DNA of 64,000 nt from Kofleriaceae bacterium (GTDB taxonomy: Bacteria > Myxococcota_A > Polyangia > Haliangiales > Haliangiaceae): NCBI GenBank assembly GCA_965215005.1, contig CBDCCZ010000054.1, positions 128,001 through 192,000 of the forward strand, read 5' to 3'. Each line of letters opens with the position of its first letter. The first letter of the stretch is position 1. Below, piece by piece: positions 10,233 to 22,189 of this stretch. Made by a program: the position numbers and the translations under genes. A model generated the notes under the pieces. It did not search any database, was not told where the DNA came from, and was given only the letters and a program-made list of their open reading frames with translations.

Positions 10233-10718
10233 ATGAGCGTGGCAGTTGGAGCAGACATCGAATCGATGTGCAGTAAGTGCGGCGACGTCTGGCACGTCGT
10301 GGTCGCCAAGGTCGGCGACAAGATCGCCAAGGTTCAGTGCAAGGAGTGTGGCGGGTATCATCGCTATCGCACTGGCGCCGCCGCCAAAGCACGAATGCCC
10401 ACGACCGGAACGCGCAAAAAGGCCGCGGGAACGGCAACTACCGCGAGCGCGCGAATCGATCAACCGCGCGTCGACGCGGATCTCTCGAGGTCGGTGCGCA
10501 GCTACAACTTTCGCGATCGCTTCGAGCCCGGCGAACGGATCGACCATCCGTCGTTCGGGACTGGCATCGTCGAAGCGATTCCAGCACCGGGCAAGATGGA
10601 AGTGTTCTTCCCGAGCGGCCGGCGGGTGTTGGCGCAGGCCAAGCCGGAGCCGACCTTGGGGCGCCCCAAGCCGTTCGCTCATGAGTCGCGCTCTGGGTCG
10701 AGCGACGCCCCCGAGTAG
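10233..10718 (+). CDS. Zn-ribbon plus Tudor-like domain protein
   Basis: CSKC...CKEC; C-terminal [29 protein letters not shown]. Confidence 0.8.
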   Translation: MSVAVGADIESMCSKCGDVWHVVVAKVGDKIAKVQCKECGGYHRYRTGAAAKARMPTTGTRKKAAGTATTASARIDQPRVDADLSRSVRSYNFRDRFEPGERIDHPSFGTGIVEAIPAPGKMEVFFPSGRRVLAQAKPEPTLGRPKPFAHESRSGSSDAPE

Positions 10719-10873
10719 TGCGACTCTTTGGCCGCCGTGGCAAGGATGTCACCGGGGAACGCCGCGGCGGCAACGTGCACGTGATGCGAGCAGGTATACT
10801 TTCGCTGCTTCGCACCCCGTCGCCTTGAGCGACTCGCATTCCGCGTCGCGCACCTCAGCGTCTGAGAGACTTC

Positions 10874-13099
<2,226 letters not shown>

Positions 13100-13115
13100 G
13101 CGATTCGGCTGCGCG

Positions 13116-14051
13116 TTAGAACCCGGTCGCGAAGACGAAGAGGGTCGCGCTGCCGGTGGTGGCCGAGATGCTCCAGCGGCGGCTCGTCGGCTTGGGCACC
13201 AGGATGAGGCGCGTCACACCAACCGCGGTGATTGCTGCGCCAAGCGCCAATCCCGCGCCGCCACCGAGACGGAAGTCGGCCGCGCGCTCGCGCAGCCGCT
13301 GGGCCTCATCGAGCCGGTTGGCGGCTTCGGCGTCGTCATCGAGGGCGCTTGCGTGAAGCAGTGCCGCGGCGCCGCCTGCTGCGACAGCCGCGCCGCCGAT
13401 GGCGAGCGTCCACCCGAGTCGATCTCGATACCAAGGCTCGCTCGCAACCCGCAAAGGAGCCGCTTGCGCAACTTGGCGGGCGAGCTGCGGAATCAGAATG
13501 CGGGTCTCGCCGTGATGACTCACCTGCACGGTGGTTTCCCAGGGCTGGTGATGAGGCGCGACCGCGCGCACGCGGTGCAGCCCGGCATCCACCGGAAGAG
13601 CGGCGCCCAGGCTCGCGGCGGCGACGCGGCGCCCATCGCGAAACACTGCTAACCCCTCCACGTCCCCGTCCGGCGCGAGCTCGATAACCAGCCTTGGAAT
13701 TCGTGGCTCGAGCTTCGCCGCCCGCTGGCGTGCGGCTTCGACTTTGCGCGGCTCATCGAGCCGCCGCGCTTCGGCCGCGAGCTCGAGGTAGGCAGCCCAG
13801 GCGCTGGCGAGCCGCTCCGTGGCTTCATAGCAGCGCCCCAGATGCCATAGGGTTCCGGTGGCGCGCTCGAGCCGCAGGCTCTCTTCGAATAGCGCGCAGG
13901 CTTTGTCATAGGCCTCGCGCTCCATGGCCGCGCGCGCTTGGCGAAAGAGCTCCTCGGCGGCGGCAATGTCGGCTGCAGAGGGCTCGGCGATCGCGTCGAA
14001 GGAACCGCTGACCAGCACCAGCGCGACGATGAAGCAGCAAGACCAGCGCAT
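13116..14051 (-). CDS. Secreted/membrane TPR + PEGA-like protein
   Basis: Signal peptide, TPR (ACALFEESLRL..TLWHLGRCYE), beta domain, C-terminal hydrophobic segments; TGATG overlap with upstream kinase. Confidence 0.8.
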   Translation of the reverse strand: MRWSCCFIVALVLVSGSFDAIAEPSAADIAAAEELFRQARAAMEREAYDKACALFEESLRLERATGTLWHLGRCYEATERLASAWAAYLELAAEARRLDEPRKVEAARQRAAKLEPRIPRLVIELAPDGDVEGLAVFRDGRRVAAASLGAALPVDAGLHRVRAVAPHHQPWETTVQVSHHGETRILIPQLARQVAQAAPLRVASEPWYRDRLGWTLAIGGAAVAAGGAAALLHASALDDDAEAANRLDEAQRLRERAADFRLGGGAGLALGAAITAVGVTRLILVPKPTSRRWSISATTGSATLFVFATGF

Positions 14052-15667
14052 CACTTGCGAGTATCGAATAGGTCTTCGTCCGTAGGTGGATTCGGCGTCG
14101 GCTCCGCTGCAGGCTGAAAATCTGGCTCGCGGGATGGCCGCTGCGGCCGCGGCCGCTTCGGCGCAGCGCGCTTTTGCGGAGGCGAGGCGTCTGCGCGGGC
14201 GGCGTCTCGCGCAGCCGTCGGCGCTGCGTCTCGGACAGCCGCAGCCGTCGGCGCTGCATCGGCCGCGACAGCCTCCAAGCTCCCCGAGGCCACAGGCGCG
14301 GAGGCCGCAGTCCGCGTCGCCGGCAACCGTTGCACCTGCGGGTCTGGCGCGATGGCGCGCGTCTTCGGAGCGCTTGCCTGGCGCGCGGCGAGGACGAGGA
14401 CAACACCAGCCAGCGCCGCGAGGCCGGCTCCCCACCACCAACGCCGGCGACTCGGAGGCGCATTTGCCTCATTGAGCGGGCTCAACGGCGCTTGCGAGCC
14501 CCTGGCCAGTTTTCGAGCCGCATGCGCGATGGCCGGCGCAACCGCAATCGAATGGGTTGGTTCGCGCTCCGCGCCCTGCGCGCTCGGCGTACTGGCGCTC
14601 GGCGAGCTGGCCAGCTGCGCGCGGGCCGCCGGCGTTGCTACCGCCGTGAGCGAGCCTGGCGGCGAGCCGGCATTGTCGACCTGGGCGGCAGGCTCGAGCG
14701 ACGGTGCCACGGCCAACCTACTCCAGTCGGTGGTGTGCGATCGAGGCGCTGTGCTGGTGCGGGAACCCAGCAGCGGCGCCGCCGCTTGAACGATTTCGTC
14801 TCCTCGAGGCGTGGCGTCGATCATCGCCTCCGCCAACTGTCGCACCGAGGGAATGCGCCGGCTCACATCGATGGCCATGCCCAGCTCGAGGAGCTCACTC
14901 CACGCCCGCGGAACGTCGTCGCGCAGCGCTGCCAGGCTCGGCGGCACGCGATGACTTTGCTGATGAACCAGCTCGCCAATCGAGCCGGCGGTGTACGGCA
15001 AGCTGGCGGTGAGCATCTCGTACGCGATGACCGCCACTGCGTACACATCCGTGCGCGCATCGACATCGCGCATCGCCCGCGCTTGCTCTGGCGACATATA
15101 CGCGGGCGTGCCCGCCACTGTCTGACTGCGCGTCTCGACGTCGCCCGCAAGCGTCGGATCCTCGAGCTTGGCGATGCCGAAATCGAGGATTTTCACCAGC
15201 AGTGGATGATCGGGTCGCGGGGTGATGAACAGGTTGGCCGGCTTGAGATCGCGATGGATGATGCCGCGCTGATGCGCCGCTTCCAGACCGGCGCACACCT
15301 GACAAAGAATCGCGAGCGCGGTGGCAATAGGCAGCGGGCCGTGTCGCCGGCCAAAGCTGCTCAGCGTCTCGCCCTCGAGATATTCCATGAGGATGTAGTG
15401 GCGGCCGTCGGTCAACTGGCTGGCATCGATGACGTCGATGATGTTGCGATGTCGCAACGCAGACGCGGCCCGTGCCTCGGCGAGGAATCGAGCCGTGAGG
15501 TGCGGCGACACAGAGCGCTCGGGCAACAGCACCTTGACCGCCAGCTTCTTGCCAAGGTGCGTGTTTTCCGCCAGATACACCGCACCCATGCCTCCACGCC
15601 CGATTTGCCGGGTGACGGCATACCCGCCGAACAGCGGCTGGCCTAGCAGAGCATCGGGCGCGGACAC
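14051..15667 (-). CDS. Membrane Ser/Thr protein kinase
   Basis: GRGGMG, AVKVL, HRDLKPAN, DFG, GTPAYMSPEQ; one TM; start uncertain (15667-15685). Confidence 0.93.
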   Translation of the reverse strand: MSAPDALLGQPLFGGYAVTRQIGRGGMGAVYLAENTHLGKKLAVKVLLPERSVSPHLTARFLAEARAASALRHRNIIDVIDASQLTDGRHYILMEYLEGETLSSFGRRHGPLPIATALAILCQVCAGLEAAHQRGIIHRDLKPANLFITPRPDHPLLVKILDFGIAKLEDPTLAGDVETRSQTVAGTPAYMSPEQARAMRDVDARTDVYAVAVIAYEMLTASLPYTAGSIGELVHQQSHRVPPSLAALRDDVPRAWSELLELGMAIDVSRRIPSVRQLAEAMIDATPRGDEIVQAAAPLLGSRTSTAPRSHTTDWSRLAVAPSLEPAAQVDNAGSPPGSLTAVATPAARAQLASSPSASTPSAQGAEREPTHSIAVAPAIAHAARKLARGSQAPLSPLNEANAPPSRRRWWWGAGLAALAGVVLVLAARQASAPKTRAIAPDPQVQRLPATRTAASAPVASGSLEAVAADAAPTAAAVRDAAPTAARDAARADASPPQKRAAPKRPRPQRPSREPDFQPAAEPTPNPPTDEDLFDTRK

Positions 15668-15749
15668 GGCGCGCGAGCATAGCACCCTACTCGTAGGCGG
15701 CCAGCGCTCACGCGACCCGCGAGATGGCTCCGTGTTAGGTTTTGCGCCT

Positions 15750-16442
15750 ATGTCCGAGGTCGTCTATCGCAACGGGTATCCGTTCGTTCCGCTGCAGTTC
15801 GAACGGCTATCGGCGGAAGAGATGCAGGCGCAGGCCGATGCCTTCTATCAACGCATGGACCAGCGCCGAAGCGTGCGTGAGTTCAGCACCGAGCCGGTGC
15901 CCAGAGCACTGCTCGAGCGGGCCATTCTCGCCGCTTCCACGGCGCCCTCAGGCGCGCACCGGCAGCCATGGCAGTTCGTCGCCGTGAGCGATCCGGCTCT
16001 GAAGAAGCGCATTCGCGAGGCCGCCGAGGCGGAGGAACGCGATAGCTACGGCGGCCGCATGCCACCGGACTGGCTCGACGCGCTGGCGCCACTCGGAACC
16101 GATGCCGACAAGCCGTATCTCGAGACCGTTCCGTGGATCGTGGTGCTTTTCGAGGTAACCACGGGAACCGCAGCGGACGGCAGCGTGCAGAAGAACTATT
16201 ACGTGCGCGAGAGTTGCGGCATTGCCGCCGGGATGTTCATCACTGCGTTGCACTCCATGGGGCTTGCGACGCTCACCCACACGCCGAGCCCGATGAAGTT
16301 TCTCACCGAGCTCCTCGGTCGGCCCGCCACGGAGCGGCCGTTCGTGCTGTTTCCAGTCGGGTATCCGGCCGCCGACGCGTGCGTTCCGCAGCTGTCGCGC
16401 AAGTCGCTCGAGCAAATATCGACCTGGCATACCGGCGACTAA
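15750..16442 (+). CDS. Nitroreductase family, iodotyrosine deiodinase-like
   Basis: RRSVREFS, APSGAHRQPW, EAEERDSY, KPYLE, LTHTPSPM. Confidence 0.85.
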   Translation: MSEVVYRNGYPFVPLQFERLSAEEMQAQADAFYQRMDQRRSVREFSTEPVPRALLERAILAASTAPSGAHRQPWQFVAVSDPALKKRIREAAEAEERDSYGGRMPPDWLDALAPLGTDADKPYLETVPWIVVLFEVTTGTAADGSVQKNYYVRESCGIAAGMFITALHSMGLATLTHTPSPMKFLTELLGRPATERPFVLFPVGYPAADACVPQLSRKSLEQISTWHTGD

Positions 16443-16529
16443 CGGTTCTGCGCTTGCTGGTCGTCGCCCGGCGCTGCCCGATGAGTCGGGTTGCCGCCGG
16501 CCCGCCCCGCTCTACACCTATTCTTCAGC

Positions 16530-18332
16530 GTGCAGGCTCTCCGCAACTACTTCGGTGTCTTTCGCTATAGCGGCCGCGCGATGGGGCTGGTGTGGACCAC
16601 CAATCGCCGCCTAACGATTTCGTTGGCCATGCTCAGCTTGCTCGCGGGCGTCTTGCCCGCGGCAATCGCCTACGTCGGCAAGCTCATCATCGATGCGGTG
16701 GTGTTGGCCGCGAGCTCTGGTGCCGAGCAGGCGCGCGAGCTCGCCATCGCTTACGTAATCCTAGAGGCCGCCTTGGTCATCGTCTTGGCCGCCGCCCAGC
16801 GCGGGATCAGCATCTTGCAGTCGCTGTTTCGCGCGGTCCTTGGCCATCGCGTCAATACCTTGGTGCTCGAGAAGGCTCTCACCTTAGAGCTCACCCAGTT
16901 CGAAGACTCCGAGTTCTACGACAAGATGAGCCGCGCGCGGCGGGAAGCCTCTAGTCGCCCTCTGAGCTTGGTGATCCGCACCTTTGGCGTCATTCAGAAT
17001 CTGATCTCGATCATCACGTTGGGCGGGCTATTGGTATCGTTCTCGCCACTGGCAGTTGCGGTACTGGCCGCTGCGGCAGTGCCTGCGTTCCTCTCCGAGA
17101 CCCGCTTCTCTGGCGAGGCGTTTCGTCTGTTTCGCTGGCGCACCCCCGAGACCCGCGAGCAGGCCTACCTCGAGAGCGTGCTGGCCCGCGAAGACTACGC
17201 CAAGGAGGTCCAGCTCTTTGGTATCGGACCGCGCATGCTCGGCCGGTATCGCGGCATCTTCGATCGCCTTTATGCCGAGGATCGCAGGCTTACCTGGCGT
17301 CGCGGCATTTGGGGCTACTTCTGCGGCCTCCTCAGCACCGCCGCGTTTTACGGCGCCTACGGATGGATCGCGCTGGCCACTATCAGCGGCTCGATTTCGC
17401 TGGGCGACATGACGATGTACGTGATGGTCTTCAAGCAAGGCCAATCGGCGCTCGCGGCGGTGCTGACCGCCATCGGCGGCATGTACGAAGACAATCTCTA
17501 CTTGTCGAATCTCTACGAGTTTCTGGAGGCGGAGGTGCCGGCGAGCGGCGGCCACGCCTCCGAAGGGCCCGCGCCCGGCGACGGCATTCGCTTCGAGAAC
17601 GTGACGTTCGGCTATCCAGGTGCCGAGCATCCCGCGGTGGAAAACATCGAGCTGCACATTCGCCCGGGCGAAAAGCTCGCGCTGGTTGGCGAGAACGGCT
17701 CGGGAAAGACCACGCTCATCAAGTTGTTGACCCGGCTCTATCAGCCATCCTCGGGCCGCATCACGCTCGATGGCCTCGATTTACGAGCCTGGGATCCGCA
17801 GGTCTTGCGCGAGCGCATTGGTGTGATCTTTCAAGACTTCTCTCGCTTTCAGTTCACCGTCGGCGAGAACGTCGGCGTCGGGGATGTTCGCGCCATCGAA
17901 GATGAGGAGCGCTGGCGCGATGCCACCGTCAAAGGTCTTGCCGCGCCGTTCATCGAGCGCTTGCCCGATGGCTATCAGACCCAGCTTGGCCGTTGGTTTA
18001 AAGATGGCCGCGAGCTGTCCCTCGGACAATGGCAGAAGATCGCCCTGTCACGCGCGTTCATGCGACGCGATGCCGACATCTTGGTGCTCGACGAGCCGAC
18101 GGCGTCGATGGATGCCGAAGCCGAGATGGCCATCTTCGAGCGGTTTCGCGAGCTCACCGACGACCGCATCGCGGTTCTCATCTCGCATCGTTTTTCGACC
18201 GTGCGAATGGCCGACTACATCGTCGTGCTCGACCGCGGACGAATCGTCGAGGAAGGCAGTCACGAGCAGCTCATGGCTCGTGATGGCCGTTATGCGCACC
18301 TGTTTAGCCTGCAAGCCGCCGGTTATCGCTGA
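16530..18332 (+). CDS. ABC transporter, fused permease/ATPase
   Basis: TM domain; GENGSGKT, LSLGQWQK, LDEPT, ISHR. Confidence 0.93.
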   Translation: MQALRNYFGVFRYSGRAMGLVWTTNRRLTISLAMLSLLAGVLPAAIAYVGKLIIDAVVLAASSGAEQARELAIAYVILEAALVIVLAAAQRGISILQSLFRAVLGHRVNTLVLEKALTLELTQFEDSEFYDKMSRARREASSRPLSLVIRTFGVIQNLISIITLGGLLVSFSPLAVAVLAAAAVPAFLSETRFSGEAFRLFRWRTPETREQAYLESVLAREDYAKEVQLFGIGPRMLGRYRGIFDRLYAEDRRLTWRRGIWGYFCGLLSTAAFYGAYGWIALATISGSISLGDMTMYVMVFKQGQSALAAVLTAIGGMYEDNLYLSNLYEFLEAEVPASGGHASEGPAPGDGIRFENVTFGYPGAEHPAVENIELHIRPGEKLALVGENGSGKTTLIKLLTRLYQPSSGRITLDGLDLRAWDPQVLRERIGVIFQDFSRFQFTVGENVGVGDVRAIEDEERWRDATVKGLAAPFIERLPDGYQTQLGRWFKDGRELSLGQWQKIALSRAFMRRDADILVLDEPTASMDAEAEMAIFERFRELTDDRIAVLISHRFSTVRMADYIVVLDRGRIVEEGSHEQLMARDGRYAHLFSLQAAGYR

Positions 18333-19894
18333 TCCGCAGGTTGCGAGAGGGTCTCGCTGAGCGAAGCGGGGGAGCTATAGCCCGGCAGGTGCAGAGACCA
18401 CCACGCGCGAGCTCGCTCGACCGACCACGGCGTTTCCAGGGCGATGGCGGCAAGCTCGCCCGCCAGTGCGCGGGCGCTAGCGGGACGCTGGCTGGGATCT
18501 TTGTGCAGGCACCGGAGCACCAAGGCATCGAGCGCCGGTGGTAGCGGCAGCTCGGTGTGCTGCGAAGGCGGCTCGGCGGTCACGTTGGCGTGTGCAACCG
18601 CCATCTCGATCGTCGAGCTCGCGTCGAAGACCAGCTGGCCGGTGAGCAGCCAATACGCAACGCAGCCAACGGCATACAAATCGGTGCGGCTATCGATGCG
18701 GGAACCGAGGCTCTGCTCGGGAGCCATATAGGCAGGCGTGCCGCGAACGGTGTCATCGCCGCTGGTGACGTGTCCCGGCACCTCCGGCTCTTCGATCTTG
18801 ACCAGGCCGAAATCCAGGACCTTGACCAAATCCACGGTGCCGCCCTTGCGGGCTAAATACACGTTTGCTGGCTTGATATCGCGATGAACAAGACCCGCTC
18901 CGTGCGCTTCGTCGAGGCTATCGCAGATCTGCAAGAGGATATGAACGACCCGCTCCGCCGGCTGCGGCCCAAACCGCTTGACCAGCGTTTCCAGATCGAC
19001 GCCGCGCAGCAGCTCCATGACGTAATACAGCACTCCGTCGGCCGCAACGCCGAAGTCATAGAGCTCTACGGTGTGCAGCGACTCGAGCGTCGCGGTGATT
19101 TGCGCTTCGCGCTCGAAGCGCTCGAGCTGCCCGATGATCGCGTTGGCGTTGCCGCGGCTGAGCACCTCGGGGCGAACGATCTTGACCGCGGCGGGGCGCG
19201 CGAGGAGCCGGTGGTGAGCGCGCCAGACCTCGCCCATTCCGCCTACGCCAAGTCGTTCGATCAGCTCGTAGCTGCCGACCTGGCGTGCCCGCGAGACATT
19301 TTCACGTAGCCGCGTGATGACTTTGGCCGGTGCATACGCCAGCAGCGCGCAGAGATAGCCCGGCAAGAACAGCGACGTCAGGACGTCGATGCGCGGCATG
19401 GGATAGCCGCGCGCCGGTCCAGCGATGAGAAATCCGAGCGGAATGGTGGTTGCGCTCAGCAGTGCAGCGCCGAGAATCCAGCTCGGTCGCGCCGGCACCA
19501 GGCTGGCGAAGAGCACGATGAGCACGCACGCCGTGGAGATCCGAAACAGCGGCTCGGTGAGCGGCATTTGCGACCACAGCTCGAGCACCGTGATCCCCAA
19601 GCACGTGAGGACTTGATAGCCAAGGCCGGCGAGAGATACCGCTCGAGGGCTGGGTTGCCCGCGGAGGAACACCGCTAGAAGTAGCGATGTTGCGATCAGC
19701 GAGGCCGATATAAGGGAAGCGCTGGTTTCTGCGTATCGCCAGACGAAGCGGTTCAACAAGTCATAGAGAACGAGAATGGCGGCGGCGAGCAGCGCGGTGA
19801 CGATCAGCCGTTGCTTCGCGAGGCGCACCAGATCTGCCGGCACGCTCAAGGCCTCGGTGCCGGTCAGGCCGACGGCGCGGGAACGCTCGCTCAT
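18323..19894 (-). CDS. Ser/Thr kinase with N-terminal multi-TM domain
   Basis: About 6 TMs; GVGGMG, HRDIKPAN, DFG, GTPAYMAPE. Confidence 0.93.
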   Translation of the reverse strand: MSERSRAVGLTGTEALSVPADLVRLAKQRLIVTALLAAAILVLYDLLNRFVWRYAETSASLISASLIATSLLLAVFLRGQPSPRAVSLAGLGYQVLTCLGITVLELWSQMPLTEPLFRISTACVLIVLFASLVPARPSWILGAALLSATTIPLGFLIAGPARGYPMPRIDVLTSLFLPGYLCALLAYAPAKVITRLRENVSRARQVGSYELIERLGVGGMGEVWRAHHRLLARPAAVKIVRPEVLSRGNANAIIGQLERFEREAQITATLESLHTVELYDFGVAADGVLYYVMELLRGVDLETLVKRFGPQPAERVVHILLQICDSLDEAHGAGLVHRDIKPANVYLARKGGTVDLVKVLDFGLVKIEEPEVPGHVTSGDDTVRGTPAYMAPEQSLGSRIDSRTDLYAVGCVAYWLLTGQLVFDASSTIEMAVAHANVTAEPPSQHTELPLPPALDALVLRCLHKDPSQRPASARALAGELAAIALETPWSVERARAWWSLHLPGYSSPASLSETLSQPADQR

Positions 19895-19947
19895 GGGCCG
19901 ACGCTACCACCGCAGGCGGGATGCGAGCCGCATCGACGTCGACAGAG

Positions 19948-19983
19948 CTACGCTAGCGACAGCGACTACGCCAGCGACAGCGA
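19948..19983. repeat. 18-bp tandem duplication
   Basis: ctacgctagcgacagcga / ctacgccagcgacagcga (1 mismatch). Confidence 0.8.
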
Positions 19984-20265
19984 CCATAGCAGCGAGGCGA
20001 CGGTGCTGGCGGCCATGCCTATGAGCACCGGCCAGGCGTCGCGAACCGGAGTCGGCGCCAACGTGCTGGCGCTAGGGTCAGCGCTGGCTGACTCCACGGG
20101 CTGCTCCACGGGCGCCGCGGCGAGCATCTCAGTGGCCGCCGCGCGGTCGTCGCCGAGCGCAGGCATGCGATACGTGGGCATCGAGTGCCGGCGCGGACGC
20201 GGCACGCTGACAACGGGCAAGACCTCGGGGGAGAGGAGTCGGCGCGCGCGGTCATCGAACGGCAT
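19966..20265 (-). CDS. Small hypothetical protein with C-terminal TM
   Basis: Low-complexity body and hydrophobic tail WPVLIGMAASTVASLLWSLSLA. Confidence 0.45.
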   Translation of the reverse strand: MPFDDRARRLLSPEVLPVVSVPRPRRHSMPTYRMPALGDDRAAATEMLAAAPVEQPVESASADPSASTLAPTPVRDAWPVLIGMAASTVASLLWSLSLA

Positions 20266-20499
20266 GGCCTGCAGCCAAAGCAAGCAGCGCGCCATCGTTG
20301 ACAACCATTCGAAGCGATAGTTTACGGAGGGTTAGGAGGGGAGAATGGGGCGGCGGCGGAGAGTTCAGCCCCGTGTCGGGGGCTTGGCTCCTGGCCAGGC
20401 GCAAGCCGAGCGGCCACTTCGAACTGGAGCTGAGCGCCGAGAAGCTTGCCAAAGCGCGAAGAGATGAAACGATCGCCGCGTTCCAAGAGGTCCACGCAA

Positions 20500-21735
20500 A
20501 TGAGCGAGCACAATTACGAACTCATCGCCACCGAGCCCGATTCCGTGCCCATCAAAGCGTGGGTGCGCGGCGTTCCAGTCGAAGAGGCCGCCAAGCGGCA
20601 GCTGCAGAACGTCGCGGCGATGCCGTTCGTTCATCAATGGGTGGCGGCGATGCCGGATGTTCATTGGGGCATGGGTGCTACCGTCGGCAGCGTCATTCCT
20701 ACCGTTGGTGCGGTGATCCCTGCAGCCGTCGGCGTCGACATCGGTTGTGGGATGATGGCGGTGCAGACGTCGCTGTCCGCCGCGCAGCTTCCGGACACGC
20801 TGCGCAAGGTGCGCTCCGCTATCGAAGCGGCGGTGCCGCACGGCCGCACCCATAGCGGCGGTCGCGGGGATCGCGGCGCCTGGAGCAATCTGCCTGGGGC
20901 GACGGCAACGGCCTGGAAGAATGAGCTTGCTGGCGACTTTGGACGCATCGTCGGCAAACATCCCAAGGTCGGCAAAGCCAATCACGTGCAACATCTAGGA
21001 ACGCTGGGAACGGGCAACCACTTCATCGAAGTGTGCCTTGATGAAAGCGAACGCGTCTGGTTCATGCTGCATTCGGGGAGTCGCGGCATCGGTAATCGCA
21101 TTGGTAGCTACTTCATCGAGCTCGCCAAGGGCGATATGCGACGGCTCGGAATCGAGCTGCCAGATATGAATTTAGCCTACTTGAAAGAAGGGAGTGCCTA
21201 CTTTGCAGACTATGTCGAGGCTGTCGAGTGGGCGCAGCGCTACGCTTTGATCAATCGCAAGTTGATGATGCAGGCGGTGATTGCTGCCTTGCAGAAGGCC
21301 CCGAGTCTCCCGACGTTCACCACCGGCTCCATAGCCGTCAACTGCCATCACAATTATGTCGCTCGCGAGCATCACTATGGCAAAGACGTGCTGCTCACGC
21401 GCAAAGGTGCCGTGCGCGCGGGCGCCGGCGAGCTGGGAATCATTCCCGGCTCGATGGGCACGCGGAGCTACATCGTGCGCGGCAAGGGCAATCCCGAGAG
21501 CTTTCACAGCTGCAGCCACGGCGCTGGTCGCCGCATGTCGCGCACTGAGGCAAAGCGTCGTTTCACCGTCGCCGAGCACACCCAGGCCACCGCCGGTGTC
21601 GAGTGTCGCAAAGACGCCAGCGTCATCGACGAAACTCCCGCTGCCTACAAAGATATCGATGCGGTGATGGCGGCGCAGGAAGACCTGGTCGAGGTCGTCC
21701 ACACGCTCAAGCAGGTCGTTTGCGTCAAAGGATAG
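20500..21735 (+). CDS. rtcB: RNA ligase RtcB
   Basis: MPDVH, GVDIGCG, GTLGTGNHFIE, HSGSRG, HHNY, PGSMG, SCSHGAGR, DETPAAYK. Confidence 0.97.
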   Translation: MSEHNYELIATEPDSVPIKAWVRGVPVEEAAKRQLQNVAAMPFVHQWVAAMPDVHWGMGATVGSVIPTVGAVIPAAVGVDIGCGMMAVQTSLSAAQLPDTLRKVRSAIEAAVPHGRTHSGGRGDRGAWSNLPGATATAWKNELAGDFGRIVGKHPKVGKANHVQHLGTLGTGNHFIEVCLDESERVWFMLHSGSRGIGNRIGSYFIELAKGDMRRLGIELPDMNLAYLKEGSAYFADYVEAVEWAQRYALINRKLMMQAVIAALQKAPSLPTFTTGSIAVNCHHNYVAREHHYGKDVLLTRKGAVRAGAGELGIIPGSMGTRSYIVRGKGNPESFHSCSHGAGRRMSRTEAKRRFTVAEHTQATAGVECRKDASVIDETPAAYKDIDAVMAAQEDLVEVVHTLKQVVCVKG

Positions 21736-21792
21736 AACACACCGCGGATGCAGAACGCAGATCTCCGCCGCCGTTTGTCCTACCATCCCGCT

Positions 21793-22119
21793 ATGGCAGA
21801 GCTACAGATCGAAGAGTTGAAGATAGGCGATGGTGCCGAGGCAACCAGCGGCTCGCGGGTGTCGGTGCACTACACCGGATGGCTCACCGACGGCAAAAAG
21901 TTCGACAGCTCCGTAGACCGGGGCACGCCGTTCGAGTTTCCGCTAGGCGGTGGACGGGTCATCAAAGGCTGGGATCAGGGAGTCGCCGGCATGCGCGTCG
22001 GTGGCAAACGCAAGCTCACCATTCCGCCTGAGCTTGGCTACGGCGCTCGCGGAGCCGGCAGCGTCATCCCGCCGAACGCGACGCTGGTGTTCGAAGTTGA
22101 GCTCCTCGGCGTGAGCTAG
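21793..22119 (+). CDS. FKBP-type peptidyl-prolyl isomerase
   Basis: [35 protein letters not shown]. Confidence 0.97.
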   Translation: MAELQIEELKIGDGAEATSGSRVSVHYTGWLTDGKKFDSSVDRGTPFEFPLGGGRVIKGWDQGVAGMRVGGKRKLTIPPELGYGARGAGSVIPPNATLVFEVELLGVS

Positions 22120-22189
22120 CATCGAACGTCGGGTCGCCAAGGGCCTCGGCGTGTAGCGTCGCGCCGAGGCGCGGGCTGCGACCATCAAC

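Noticed and set aside
14174..15646. 490 aa plus-strand ORF (also 48443..49789, 31191..32264 and similar)
   Set aside because: Arg/Ala-rich shadows opposite clearly recognisable genes
20375..20406. PafBC motif (TGTCGG-N10-TANNNT) or sigma54 site upstream of rtcB
   Set aside because: TGTCGG is not followed by TANNNT; the GG-N10-GC match lacks the other consensus bases
20405..20435. tRNA/Y-RNA-like element near rtcB (TTCGAAC)
   Set aside because: No proper T-stem, acceptor stem or cloverleaf
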